64,000 bases of DNA from Camelus dromedarius (GCF_036321535.1 NC_087437.1:89158001-89222000), one strand, 5' to 3'; shown: positions 11,911 to 25,810, counted from the first letter of the stretch. Made by a program: numbers and translations. Notes: generated from the letters alone by a model not told the origin.

Positions 11911-12398
11911 TGTCTTAGCTGGTCAGGCTGGTATACAAGTTAGCATAGACTGAGTGGCTTGCTTGCTATAATTTTCTTTATTTTTCTTTCTTTATTTTTT
12001 TAATGGCAGTACTGGGGATTGAACCCAGGACCCTGTGCATACGAAGCAGGCATTCTACCACTTAGTCTTACCCTTTCCTCTGGGTGGCTTTTAAACGATA
12101 GAAGTATATTTGTCACAGTTCTGAGCCTAGGATGTCCTAGATCAGGTTGCAGGCAGATTTGGTGTCTGTTGAGGGTCCGCTTCCTAATTCATAGACTGCC
12201 ATTTTGTAGCTATGTCTTTACCTGGTGGAAGGGACAAGGGAGCTCTTAAAGGTCTCCAAGGTCTAATCCCATTCATGAGGGTTCTACTTTCATGACCTGA
12301 TCACCTTCCAAAGGGCTCTACTTCTAAATCCCATCTCCCTGGGGATTTAAGTTTCAACATAGGAATTTGAAAAGACACAAATGTTTCATCTATAGCAG
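11911..12398 (-). mobile_element. MaLR LTR (MLT1A-like), interrupted by a SINE
   Basis: tgtcttag...catagactgagtggctt...cacagttctg...aatcccattcatgaggg...tttcaacataggaattt...tctatagca. Confidence 0.8.
11961..12079 (-). mobile_element. tRNA-derived SINE (Vic-1 type), antisense
   Basis: T-rich tail then ggcagtactggggattgaacccaggacc...ctaccacttag; TSD CTG(A/G)GTGGCTT at 11950-11960 and 12080-12090. Confidence 0.88.
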
Positions 12399-12599
12399 GA
12401 GAAATCTCAAAAAATTTGCAGCCATGTTTTAAAAGTTCCTAACCTACTCTCTATCTAAAGCATTACATACATTCTTCTATCATTTATACACTCATTTATT
12501 TATAAAATTACCTAACAGTTTGATCTCATCTAACATCAGGCTCAGGCTCAGGACTGAAGATTTATCAATTTAGAAGAGATCCAGGTGTGGATGAAATTC

Positions 12600-13750
12600 T
12601 TGAGATTCACTTCTTCTTGATCTTATTTGCTTATTGTCAATATTTGTCACTTTCTCTCAAATTTTTACCACCTCTTTATTATTTTTATCTTTTTTTTTTG
12701 TTTTTTAGTTTATAGTTCTAAAAAGGCTGTATTAAGTTTATTTCCTCTTTTGTTCATTCTAGCTTAGATTTCCTGTATAATATATGTTTTCTTTCACTTC
12801 TAATTTTCTTGAGTCTGGTACCTTATTTCTAAGGGTTTTCTCATTTGAAAAGTGTTTTTCTTTCATATATTGTATCATTTTTCTTAATTTACTTCAGCGT
12901 ATTTTGAAGTAGTACAGTACAGTTTTAATTGTTCTTGTGTTTTGAGCCTGACTTTCTGGTGAGATTTCATTGTCTATAAAGAAGTTATTCTCCTCCTTAT
13001 TCCTTTTTTCCTTACAGTAACTTTGCGTGGGATTTGACACTGATGTTTTTCTGTTGCTCACATGTACGTGATTTTAGTTTTCCTGAACTGTAAGAAGGGG
13101 GCTTGGATGAGATAGCTTTTCTAACTTCACAGAAGTTTTGGGTAGTGTTAAAAAAAAAATAATGGCTTATTTTATGAGACTTCCTGGCTGTGTTCCCAAG
13201 CCCACTTTCAAAGAGATCTTCTCATTCCTTCATCTCTGTTATTCCTATCCTGCCTAATTTATTACTCCTTAAGCGGTCTCTGCTTAGACTGTGACCCCCT
13301 CCCAGAAGGGAATGTTGGCTGGCTGGTTTTAAGAGTTCACAGGATACAGAATGCTCAGGCAGCTTCAGCACTTTCCATGAACTGCATGCATGCACCCATT
13401 ATTGGAGTGAGCAAAACCCCTTCCAGTTTCAGCTGCCAATTTCCAGCTGACCTCCCGTGCCTTCCATGGGTACTTGTTGCTTAGTCTGTGGCTCCATGCT
13501 CTTTGTTCCATCTGTAACCCCATTGCTCCCCTCTCACCAGATGAATGCAACACACAGTTATTATGTATTGCCAGTTTAACCCTATCTACTTACAATTTGT
13601 AGTTTTAAGAATACCTTCTCATACAGTTTTGTTGTCAGTTTTGAAAACATGTGCTTAATTTTATTATCTTATCTAGTCCCTCCACTTATATTAAGAGATT
13701 TGGCAAGATTCAAAAAATATGCGGCCACCACTCTTGCCATTTTCCAAAAA
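12600..13750 (-). mobile_element. Degenerate old L1 5'/ORF1-region remnant
   Basis: T-rich strand bias and motifs resembling old L1M 5' regions; family not resolvable by eye. Confidence 0.4.
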
Positions 13751-14275
13751 ATTCTGAAGACAATTTCAAAAGGAGTTTTCCGAAAACCATTTGAGAAAGG
13801 GCAACATAATAATGGCCATCTTTGAAAGGAGATCACTAACATATGTCTGGCATATTAAAATCAAGCTTAATATTTTATAACCATGTCTCATATTATATTT
13901 ATTTCTAATGAAAAATGATGAAAAGTAGTGTGGAGTTCAATGTCATTTTAAATTGTAACTTTGTAAGAAGAAGCTACTTTCCCAATATACAATCCTATTT
14001 TTATCAAAAAGGCTCAATAAGATGAATACCTTAATTTGCAGTGTCCCCTTTTAATGCCAGCTTTATATTGAATGTAATTCAAAAACCACACTTATGTATC
14101 TGTAGACAAAACAAATATATAACAGCTTCTTATGCACAGGAAATAATGTACTTTGAGAGGGACTAAGACCATTAGAGTATAAAATTGAAAGAGTTTCTAT
14201 GTTATCTTAAAGAATAATACGAATCTTTTTCTCACTACGTAATTCTCTAGCAAAACTAGAAAATTGCTTTATTAC

Positions 14276-14340
14276 CGTGATTTGTCCTTTGATCCGTAAG
14301 GCTCCGCACACAGTATTTCCTCCATGTTTCTAGATTCACT
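14276..14340 (-). CDS. Candidate 65-nt exon (phase 0/2) of an unidentified minus-strand gene
   Basis: tttatctttgttag| acceptor, ACG|GTAATA donor, 3 CpGs in 65 nt, open frame SESRNMEEILCAEPYGSKDKS(R); internal ATG in strong Kozak context (aacATGG). Confidence 0.45.
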
Positions 14341-15049
14341 CTAACAAAGATAAATTTTTCTGTACCCCCAGATTATTCTGGAAGAGGTAGTGTAATTATA
14401 TTACTAGTTATCAATTTATTAATAACCAAATTCCCCCAAACAGTGTTTCCTCTTTGTTTATTAGGGTAATGGCTGTTGGTCAAATTTCCTCTGCATTTCT
14501 AGCAGTTACAAAAAAACTATGCATGGGTATTTACTTTTTGTGATAACATTGAATAAAGACAAAAACAAGTTAGTGTCCTCTAGGAATGCAACTTCATGTG
14601 TCTTTAGAGAAGAGATTGATTTTGGGTGCTTTTTCCATATTGCTATTCCTCTACCAGCTCCAACAGGAACAGCCACAATGACACTGCCTCTCAGAATTCC
14701 TCAAGTGGAATCTCTCAGAGCTCTAAGTCCTCTTAGTAAAATTCTCCCAGTTACTCCATCTCCACAGATAGTCACAGTCGTGTCCACAGAATCTGCCTAA
14801 TCAGCTGTCAGGATTATATGCCATCAAGCTCTTCATCTCTGGGTCGTCACCACAGGAAACTTGCTACTCCACGGCATCCCACATAATGATGCTGACTAGA
14901 ATCATTTTAAATTCAAAACCGCCTCCCAATTCCTTATTCTCTGCTACTGTGCTTGCTTTTTTATATCACTGAAAAAAGATGCAATAGGATGACTTCGCAT
15001 TCGTATATCTCTAATAAAAGGGCAATCAGAAGAGAAATTCTCCAAGGCA

Positions 15050-16690
15050 ACTACTTAATTTGCAATGGATCACATCCACTCTTCACTTAAGGAAATCAAT
15101 TCTGAAGATGTTTCTTCCCAAATATCATCTATTTCCCCTTCCATTGTCTCAGTCCCAAGAGCATACAAACGTGCTATAATAACCCACAGTTTTCAAAAAA
15201 AAAATTGTTCTGCCTTCTCACTTAAGTGATCACCTCCGTCTCATGTCTCAGCTCTACTTACATAGCAAAACTCCTCAACAAAGGTTTCTATACTCATTGT
15301 TTCCAATTCCTGACTTTCCATTCTCTCATGAATCTATTTGGTTCCCATTACTCTGTGGGTTCTGGCCGGCAGAAGTCCCACTGAGATGGAATGAATTACT
15401 TGAGACTCTGTAGAAAAAGTCAAGAGAGCGAGAGGGAGTTGGGAGCCAACTCCAGGAGCTTCTCAAATGCTCCCATATTTATTGAGTACAGTCAAAGGAG
15501 GCATGCAGGAATTTAGGGAAGGACAGTGTGGGATTGCAGTGAGTACAAAGGCTTTGTTTATTGTTGGTGTTTGGCTCAAGGTCAGAAGACCCTTTATGTT
15601 TTGGTGAATCATGTTTCTGTTGAGCCTTTCAGCTTATCAGGGCGGAACGTATGGGAATCAGCTGCTTAACAACTTGGACTCAGGCGGCTGTGCCTGTCTT
15701 AGGTTGCCCCCCTCAGGGGATCTTACCCATCATTGGCTAACCAGCCTTCTCACCTCTGAGTCTGCAGCTTTTTTTAGTTGTTTACCATTCTGGCCCAAGG
15801 CTGTTTTGGGGATAGAAGACTAACAGCAGGCACGCCCAGTGTTTATAGCCGGGGGCCTGGGTCATTGCTAAAACCTCAAGGCAGTTACTAAGCACATCTT
15901 CTTTAAGGAGACAGGCAGCTGGGATCTGTTACAATTTGTTAACCCAATCATGGGCTCCCACATTACTCCACTGAAATGGCTCTCCCAGTCGCATCCACAT
16001 TGTCATATTAAATGGTTACTTTCTCAGGTCCTATTTTAATCCATCTGTCAGCAACATTTTAAGTAGTTGTGTATCACTTCCTTCTCAAAATACATTGTTT
16101 ACTTGGCATTTGAAATACTCTGCATCTTGAGTCTTCCCCCAATTCCTAGTCTACTTTGCTGCAAAGTTCTTATCCTTCTAACCTCGAAATATTGGAGCAA
16201 CCCAGGAATCAATTTGTGGGTCTCTATACTCTCTATTTAAATTTTCTTTTACATATTTTCCCTACGCCAAAGACTCCCCAGTTTATGTTTCTAACAAGCT
16301 TGCTCTGTTTCCTAACTGTGAGACTCACATACACAACTGCCTGTTCAACAATTGAGAATTTAGGAGCCTCAAAATAAACACATCCAAAATTTTTAATTCT
16401 TCTTATAACTTGCTTTTAAAATCTACCCATTCCTGAATCTGTCTTGACTTTGCATATAGCATCTGTATTCTAACACATAAGCTTAGGCCCAAAACCACCT
16501 GGTTATCATTCTTGACTTCTTTCTTTCTTTCACCTACCATATCCAATTTACCTGTAAATCTAGAATCTAACCACATCTCTTCATCACCACTCACATCATC
16601 CTAGTCTAAGTAATCATTATATTTTGCCTACGTTATTGTAATAGCTTCCTAATAATTCTCCTGTTTCCATCTTCACTTCCCAACCCTTGA
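15050..16690 (+). mobile_element. LINE-2 remnant, interrupted by a solo LTR
   Basis: Pyrimidine-rich L2-like motifs (catagcaaaactcctc, ctgtcagcaacattt, ggttatcattcttgacttcttt, tgtaatagcttcctaa). Confidence 0.55.
15354..15962 (-). mobile_element. Solo LTR, ERVK/betaretrovirus-like
   Basis: 609 bp with TGTGGG...CCCACA inverted termini; perfect 6-bp TSD TTACTC (15348-15353, 15963-15968); minus-strand AATAAA near 15478. Confidence 0.88.
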
Positions 16691-16982
16691 TTCTCCCAGG
16701 GACAGATGGAGTAAGCATTTTTTTATTTATTTCTTGACAAAGAAATAAATTAAACAATCTGTGGAGTATAGGGGGGAGTAAAAGAAAAAAATATGAGAGG
16801 GAAATAGGAAAAAATATGTGTTTAATTAATTTCTTTAAGTAATTAAAAAACTTCAGAAGAGCACAAGAAAGGGAAGGTGTGTCATGGTGATATTGCATTA
16901 ATTAAATTATATAGACTTGATTTTTTTCACTAATCATATGACCTTTGGCACATAACTTTTATCTGAGCATAAGTTTTAAAAT

Positions 16983-17561
16983 TGTGATGGTAGGTAGAAT
17001 TCTAGGATGGCCCCCATGATTTCTTTACTCTGATGTTCATCCACCTTCTCTCTCTTCAATCAAATACTAATCTATATGCTGCTATTAAAGACTTTTGAGT
17101 GATTAAGATCCCAGATTAGGTGACTTTAAAAAATAAGATCATCTGGTGGCCTCACCAAATCTGGTAAGCCCTTAGAATGGATGGTGCTTTCTGGCATTAA
17201 AGATTTGAATCACAAGGGAAATTCTTTGTTGCTGGCTTTGAAGATGGAGGAAGCCACATGCCAAGGAATGTGGGTAGCTTTTAGGAGTGGAGAACAACCC
17301 CCAGCTGACAGCCAGCGAGGAAATGAAGACCACAGTCCTACACCTGACACAACCACATGAGTTTACAAGAGGACTCTGAACTCCTGGTGATAATGCAACC
17401 TGACCTAAACATTGGTTTTAGCTTTGCAAAAACCAGAGCCAAAAACCTAGTCATGCTGTATCCAAGCTTCTGCCCTGCTGGACTGTTGCCTGATAAATAG
17501 GTACTATTTTAAGCCAATAGGTCTGCAGTAATTTGCTATGCAGCAATAGAAAATGATGACA
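16983..17561 (+). mobile_element. MaLR LTR (MLT1D/E-like)
   Basis: tgtgatggtaggtagaattctaggatggccccc...gttgctggctttgaagatggagg...cagctgacagccagc...gcagcaatagaaaatgatgaca. Confidence 0.8.
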
Positions 17562-19294
17562 TTAATCTCTAAAATGAAAATTTCAATATCATCTCTTTTT
17601 TTTATGACACTGTAGGAGGCAGCAATTCTTTAAATAGAAGATGTACAGTACCTACAAGTTTGAAGAAGGGAAACTGTAGAGAGAAATGTTGGTAAGACAC
17701 CTAGCTGCTACGGTGGAGAGTTCTGGAATAGGAAAGAGGAGGTGATAGCTGCATTTGAAGGATATTGGTATGTGTCATGGAGTTAACTGGGTATGCAGGA
17801 CTCCTGCATATGGTAGAATATGAATATACATCCACCATTTAAGTTCGATTGTAGGACAAATTTTATTTTATTGGAAATTTTCTAAAATATTTAGTGAGTC
17901 CACCTCTTGTAATATGTTAGATTTTGTTTATAAAATAAAAAAGAACTGCTATATTATTGAGTTCTGATTATGGGGCAAGTGCTATACTAGATACTCTACT
18001 TGGAGTGTGATGTTTAATCCTCCAAAGAAAGGCAACAAATAAATAATAAAAATCAAGGCAAAGATTTGTCTTATAAACGTCACAAAAAAAAGATGTCATA
18101 TATTCTTGGTGTTCCATGGAAAAGGTGTTTTCTAAAATCTAGAATTTTTATGAAAGTATTGAAGCACAAAAGGGCATTTAATCCCTTCAATATTATGCTA
18201 CATTATAGGGGAAATTTTTGAGTCATTAGAAATTATGTCCTAGGAAGAGTACAGAGTCAGTAAAGCTGCCATTATTTATCATTTTGGCTTCCGTTTATAG
18301 TCAGCAAACTTCTTAACTTCCTGTAAATTGTGACTATTACAGTCAGGTATACTCCTAACATATGCTTGGAACTTCGCACCTGATTGATAGACATTTTATG
18401 TTCTGTCAAGTCTGTCTTCTATTCTCATGACTCTCTTTAGCTATATCTAATCTATTTATTCAGTGTTTAAGTGTTATTATTACACACATTAAGTGCTAGA
18501 AATTCTATTTGCTTATTTTAAAAAATCTCTGTTAAATTCCACATTATAGTCCCTTTTATGTGTAATCAATTAAATACTCTAATTTTATTATGTTGCACAG
18601 CTTCTTCTACTATCATAACTTGGAGTTTCAAATTCTGTTATGTCAGTTGACACTTCAGGAACATTTCCTTGTGGGTCTTAATTTTTTATTATTAGCTCTT
18701 CTTTATTAAAAGTTTTTAATTTTTCCTATGGAAACACACTCATCCTAGGTGGAGAAATCATTTTACAGAATTGGTTTTTATCTGCTTTTTCAGGTATCTT
18801 ACAGTTTTTACAGGCCCATGATTAAGTGATTAATTTCTTAATTTAGGGGACCAGCAACATGGGTTATATAAACTGGACTCACTGTTAAAGTGTAACAAAA
18901 GGCTGGGTCTTGGATACTTTTAATGACTATTTTTTCCTTTACTCAAAGTCTAGGCAGATACATGAATTTTTTAAATCTCTTTTTTGGACAAATAGAATAC
19001 AAATTTACTGTCTGTGTTTGGACAGGCCCAAGCATATTTATTCTTCCGTGGGCATTAAAAGCTGACCCCCTCTCTTCTAGTGCTTCTATCTGATTGAGTA
19101 TTATCTGTGTTCATGTAACATCAGTTAGCAGAATTTCTGCTCTTGGCTTAAACCCTCTTTTTTTCTTCATCCTCATTGTAGACAGTCCTCTTTCATTCAT
19201 GCCACCATGTTGCTGGGACCAGAAGTCAATATATATTGTTGGTCAGAAGAAATACAACAAAAAGGGAAAAGTCTGGAAGCAATTTGAACTATTG

Positions 19295-19400
19295 CATGAT
19301 CTTAGGAAAATTATTTGACCTGTCTGAGCTTCAGTTTCCTGACCTGTAAAGTTGAAAGTTTTACTTTCCTTTGAGAAGGGTTGTGGGAGGATTCAATAAG
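19295..19400 (+). mobile_element. MIR SINE fragment
   Basis: tgatcttaggaaaattatttgacctgtctgagcttcagtttcctgacctgtaaa core. Confidence 0.65.
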
Positions 19401-19748
19401 GATTTCCTATTTGCATTCTACTGCTGGAGGACATAGCTAGATAAAAGTCCATTTATAAACCCAAGGAGATGGCCATCTGACAAAGACTGAAGCAAGACTG
19501 GGCCATTCTCTTTTAGAAATCCCTGGGGCCATGGATGGGGCAATGCAGAAAACACAAGTACAGATTAGCTGCAGTCTGATCATTTTACTGAGAACTCCCA
19601 GGTGGAAAAGTACTCCTTTACACATTTACTTAGTAAACTCAGGAAGTAATGACGGCATATTTGATCTTTATGGTACTTGCTACAATCTCAAAATCCTGTG
19701 CAGTGAAGATGTTTTTCCCACATCTGTTTGGTTAAATTACTGCTTATT

Positions 19749-19945
19749 AGTGGTGTGCAGGAGCTTGTACTACTGACTCATGAGCGCCAATTGTTAAATA
19801 TTCTGAAATTTTGTAAGCCAGTTATTACACTGTTGGTAGCATGACATTGACCATGGAGGAAGTATTTATACCATAGAAATTGGCAAACACTATAAATCAG
19901 GGTGTTAATTAATTAATTACTAACTAATTTACCAGCTAACACTGT
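19749..19945 (+). mobile_element. hAT-Blackjack MITE (MER63A-like)
   Basis: agtggtgtgcaggagc...ttgttaaatattc...ccatggaggaagtatttataccatagaaattggcaaacactataaatcaggg...ttaccagctaacactg. Confidence 0.7.
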
Positions 19946-22354
19946 ATATAATAAAATGATAGTTATATGAATCCCTGTGTTACTTAATTATATTCAATTT
20001 GACTTTTATTCTGATAAAACTTTCTAATTTGGACAATTTCAAATATACCTACTATTGTGAAGAGATTTCCAAATCAATAGGAACTACTTGAGGAAAGCCT
20101 AAAACCTAGGCTACACTAAGAACCTTAGAATTACTCTAGTTTCCATCTCAATAAACTGAATAATACTACATATCAACTGAATTTTTAACTTCTCTTTTGT
20201 GTGAGAGGGTCTCATTTTAAGAGCATAATATCCCTAAAAGAGCTCTTAAGTGTCTCAGACCAGGTTTGATGGTTTCAAATAAAAAAAAAAATTGAGCATG
20301 CATATGAAAATGAATCCTATTACTGGATGAAACAAAATTCAGATATGTGGCAAATACAATTTCCTGTAACATTTTTTCAGAGGAAACTACTTATGCCATT
20401 ATGAAACACTCTTCCCCATCCATTTGTTCTGCTTTATTCTCTACAAATATTTTGGTTTCCGGTTATAAATGTAGTTAAAATATCCAGCACATCCTGCTAT
20501 CTGGTTTCCGTCACACTAAAGCCATGTTTGACTAATGACTACTTGTATAACTTCTTGTTTTACAATATCCTTCCTAATCCTAAATCACTCTCAGAGCCAG
20601 TAATAGGTTCTGATGTATCATGTCACTCAGCATAAAGCTCCTCATGTATTTTTGATACCACTCAGACTATGGTGAGATAACTCTCAACATAAAATTATTC
20701 CTGTGAACTTTCCAAGGGAAGAATTTTTGCAACAAAGTTTTTTAAAATCTTTTTTAACCCATGCTGACTCTTAATGACTAACATCTCCCCTAACCCCTGA
20801 CAGCATCACCCTCCGTAAAGGTTGCCTGAATCAATCCCACATAAACCACTCCTTAGGTCTTTAGATTCTCAGCCTTCATGAGATTTCAACTCCTTTAATT
20901 TGAGCTGATATTTACATTTAATCAGAATATCTAACTCTGTATTTTCCATGTACTTACATTGAGGTTGTCCAGTGGACCAATGCATATTTGTGCTGCGTCT
21001 TAACGCTAAGTTTAAAAACTCCTGAAAGGACCACCTGTTTTTAGTATTTTAATTTTTTTTTATTTGCTCAGTGTCTAATATGATGAGCAGCACTCAGGAG
21101 GCATGCAATGTATGTTGAAAGATCCTTACTTGTTTGTCAGATATGCATAACAGGTATAATAAATCCAGAAGACATCATTCGTAACTAGAGAAGTCATCAA
21201 AATTCAGTTATAAAAATAGACTATTACAATATGGCTTCATATATTCAAGGACTATAATGCTTTCAAAGGAGTCAGTGATTTTCTGATGATAAAACATTTT
21301 AAATATTTTGAATAAATGTGATATTTTTGGACCCACCAGGCTGGTCAAATTGTTCAAATTCTCTTGTTATTCTGGTCTTAAAATTACAGCTTTATTTGGT
21401 GGTAAGAATTGTTGTGGCATATAGAGTTTCAAGAAATTGGACCTAGCTCAGTAACAGACATGACGAGGAATTTCCTAAGTCTAAACATTGGAATTAAGTT
21501 TATCAGCATTAAGGCTAAGGTCCAGACTTAGGGAAAGGTAGAATTAGGGAGGCCTGACAACAGGTACTGGGGTCTAGGGAAAGATTTCTAATTTCTTGAA
21601 AGATAGAATTATGTACCAAATGGGGCTATCAGTACAGAAGAAATCAGATTCGAAAGGAGAATCAAACTAGAGTTTATATACCAGAGACAATACTAGATTT
21701 AGGTGCTGGGAACCAGGTTACATGATCAACCTAATGGCTGACATAAAATTGCCTTGCTTCCTAGATTGTTTGTGGAATCTGGGGCTAAGGGAGGGTCTAC
21801 AGATTGGTGTTAAAGGAGACCATCTAAAAAATAAGAGAGAAAGTCCAGAAAGAGCATTGGGGTTTTATTACATGATTGGCAAGTATGATGATCCTACAGA
21901 AAATATTCTTTGTAAGGCAGTGTACATACAGATTCCTGGGATCTGTATATAATAACTTACTGAAACTTGTGTCAAAAAGCATCCTTTCCTGTCTCCCTTT
22001 TATCTGTCCCCAAATCCTACAATTTATTCAGAAGACAGAGACAGAATCACTGAATAAAACAGTACCAGCAGGCTGGTCATAAATGCATTTTAGCTCAGAA
22101 AGCATTTAAAGTTTTTAGCATACCTATGTATACAACTATTAAAATAGTGTTTCTGATCAAAACATTTGCTTTCAGATATGCACTGATTCAGTAAACTTGC
22201 TTTTGGCTTTTTGAGAAAATGCACATTTTATAGGTAACTCTAAATACTAAGCAGAGCACTGAAAAGTGATTTGCATTAATATACTGAAGAACAAATGGTT
22301 CTGCTGGTTAAACATTCATGAGAAAGAATGTTGATAAAACTTAAGCTGACTTAC

Positions 22355-22413
22355 CTGTATAGATTTTCTTAAAACACACTTTATTTGCTCAACTAAAATG
22401 TAACTATAAAATT
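22355..22413 (-). CDS. Candidate 59-nt exon (phase 1/0); an in-frame alternative acceptor gives 38 nt (22355-22392)
   Basis: T9-gacttctatttag| acceptor, consensus CAG|GTAAGT donor; open frame (E)FYSYILVEQIKCVLRKSIQ. Confidence 0.45.
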
Positions 22414-24619
22414 CTAAATAGAAGTCAAAAAAAAATAGGACTTATTCAGAAATTGTGAAGGGCAGGTGTTTATAATTATTAGGTTTTGTTGTGTAGGAAA
22501 AGTGTTATAGGAAAAGTAACCTAAATGTGCCCCTTTTAATTCATTCCCTTTAGAAAACATATATAGTGAAAGTGTGTAAGTTAGTTACATTGCATATTGA
22601 CAGGATGATCTGTGAAATTACAGTATTGATTAGAATAATATTATATCCATGTATAAACATAGGAGCTTTACTTCAAAAAGGCATATTTTTAAAAATAATC
22701 ATACAATTAACCAATCAAAATAACATGTCAATCTATTTTTCTTTATTTCATGAAAAATTTACTTTCCAGAACAGAAAAAAAAATGGGTTTAATATCATTT
22801 ACACATAAAACTTTACTAATTGTCCATTAAATCTCAGTATACATTTATATATAAAATCTTCCACTAATATTAATCAATTTAAGTTTCAAAACATATAAAA
22901 TTTAACCACATAAAGTGTAAAATGAGGCTAGCCATCTAAATAATTCCTAACTGTCTCTAACCCATTTTCTTTTATGTCTTATTTTCTGAAATGTGTTCTG
23001 TTATTTCCATTGCATCACTCTACTTAGATTTTTTTAGGTTAGACACTGACTGCATTAAACAAACAAGCAAAACTATGGTTCTATTTCTGTTTTTGAACAA
23101 ATAATGTCAATTTTTCACTGAAAATAGTAACAGCAACATACACAAACAGGACAATTAAAATGTTCATCTAACAATCTTATAACCACCTTTATTAAAAAAA
23201 AAAGAAGAACAATTCCATAATGTTAGGAAAATTGAGTGTAAGACATCCAAAGATATGATGTTAAAAATAACAACTGCCAACCTAACTGCAGTAAATAGTG
23301 AAGAAAATAATCAAAATTCAGTTGTCAACATATTAAAAATATTTAAATTCATGGCTTAGATTATTAAAAACATAGTTATTTATCAATAATATCAACTAAT
23401 TGATATTATCAACTAGTTGAATATAAACTAATCAAAACAATACAGAAAATGGTGAATAGGGAGAGATTTTTACGAATAACCAGGAATTAAAACATTTTGA
23501 TATTAAAGACATTAATTAATGTGCAGTAGCTCCCACACTTTAATATGATTTAAACTGAATCATTTGAATCAAGGATTTATCAACAAGACTTTTTTTTCTA
23601 ATTCTGAGCCTGGATATATCTTTATCCTTTTGAAATCAGGGCAATGCTTATGGGACCTTGTTAAAGAGAATAAAATTGCAAAAATAATTAGCATGCCTAT
23701 GTTCACTTTCTAAACCTAAATGCGAGGAAATGTCCTTTAGCTAGAGGCTCCAAAACTTTAAATGCAAAGTAAGATATTTCTAGATGGAGAGAAAGGATTT
23801 TGCAGTTAAGTGTGGATTAAAGAAAGAACAAAAGTGATAGCTGTTGAAAAGGAATAGGAGAAACTCAGTGAAACATTCTGTGTAGAAATGAGATGAGCTG
23901 CTCATGAGATGTGATTACTTTTGACATTCATATCTTTCTTGTCCTGTCTTGGTGTGGTTGAGAATATAGAGTAATTTATGCATGTGTCAAAGCTTTCCTG
24001 GACTATTCTACAGCCTGTTTCTAAGCTTTTTCTCCTGCAGTACCCCAAACATTCCTCTACTTCAGTGACTGCTGCCAACACTGACCATGACAGTTAGCAG
24101 GTGAGATGTGATGCACCCTTACCATTGTTATTGACTGGGAATTAATAGCATTAGTGCTGCTCAGAGGTGATGAGGGTTTCGTCCTTATACCCAACCAATG
24201 CCAAGAGGTAGGCAAGGATAACACAAATTAACTCACTATACAATGGAAAGTGCTCACAGATGCTATTTAAATTTTCTAAGTGTCATTCATGTGGCATATA
24301 CTTTGATAATGTCTGTTTCTTTTCTCTCAGAAATTTCCTTCTCTTTAAGAGGACTTGTTTTACTTTCATTAAGTGTATAAAATCTTTCTTTGTTATCTGT
24401 CCTCTCAGACCACCACCTCTGTTTGCAATTTGGAAACTCAGATTGTGATGTTGTATTCTTCATAAGAAAAATTTAATATCAAACATAATCAATGAGACAT
24501 TAATTTAAATGTCAGACTTTACTGATTAGTTCAGTTGGGCAATTGACCTGCCATGCTTTGCAAGGGCATGTTATGATTATTTATGTTTTGTTGAATTATT
24601 TAATTAAGTTAATGCTATT

Positions 24620-25810
24620 AAGAGCAATAGAAATAAAAGCAAGAATAAATAAATGGGACCTAATTAAACTTACAAGCTTCTGCATAGCAAAGGAAACCAT
24701 AACTAAAACAAAATAGCAACCTCTGTAATGGGAGAAAATTTTTGCAAAAGGTGAAACCAGCAAAGGCTTGATCTCCAGCATATATAAGCAGCTCATACGA
24801 CTTAATAAGAAAAAAAACAAACAACCCAATCCAAAAATGGGCAGAAGACCTAAACACTCAATTCTCCAAGGAAGAAATACAAATGATCAATAGGCACGTG
24901 AAAAAATGCTCAATATCACTAATTATCAGAGAAATGCAAATCAAAACTACAATGAAGTATCACCTCACACCAGTCAGAATGGTCATCATTCAAAAGTCCA
25001 CAAATGACAAATGCTAGAGAGAGTGTAGAAAAAAGGGAACCCTCCTTCATTGCTGGTGGGAATGCAGTTCGGTGCAGCCACTATGGAAAACAGTATGGAG
25101 ATTCCTCAAAAGACTAGGAATAGACTTACCATATGACCCAGTCATCTCACTCCTGGGCATATATCCAGAAGGAACCCTACTTCAAAAAGACACCTGCACC
25201 CCAATGTTCATAGCAGCACTATTTACAATAGCCATGACATGGAAACAGCCTAAAAGTCCATCAACAGATGACTGGATAAAGAAGAAGTGGTATATTTATA
25301 CAATGGAATACTATTCAGCCATAAAAATGACAACATAATGCCATTTGCAGCAACATGGATGTCACTGGAGAATGTCATTCTGAGTGAAGTAAGTCAGAAA
25401 AAGAAAGAAAAATACCATATGAGATCACTTATATGTGGAATCTAAAAAAAAGAACATAAATACAAAACAGAAACAGACTCATAGACATAGAATACAAACC
25501 TGTGATTGCCACGGTGGGTGGGAAGGGACAGACTGGGAGTTCAAAATTTGTAGATACTGACAGGCATATGTAAAATAGATAAACAAGATTATACTGTATG
25601 GCACAGGGAAATATATACAAGATCTTGTGGTAGCTCACAGCAAAAACAAATGTGACAATGAATATATGTATATTCATGTATAACTGAAAAATTGTGCTCT
25701 ACACTGGAATTTGACACAACATTGTAAAATGACTATAACTCAATTAAAAAATGTTAAAAAAAATACATGTACCCATAAATATATTTAGATATAGATAAAA
25801 AAAAGAGCAA
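24620..25810 (+). mobile_element. 5'-truncated young L1 (~1.15 kb), ORF2 C-terminus and 3'UTR
   Basis: ORF 25072-25338 gives [12 protein letters not shown]...TCTPMFIAALFTIA...[13 protein letters not shown], the L1 ORF2p C-terminus; A-tail near 25746-25763; possible TSD AAGAGCAA. Confidence 0.95.

Noticed and set aside
11479..11943. 154-aa plus-strand ORF
   Set aside because: GTG start, lies across MaLR LTR remnants, no recognisable domain or splice context.
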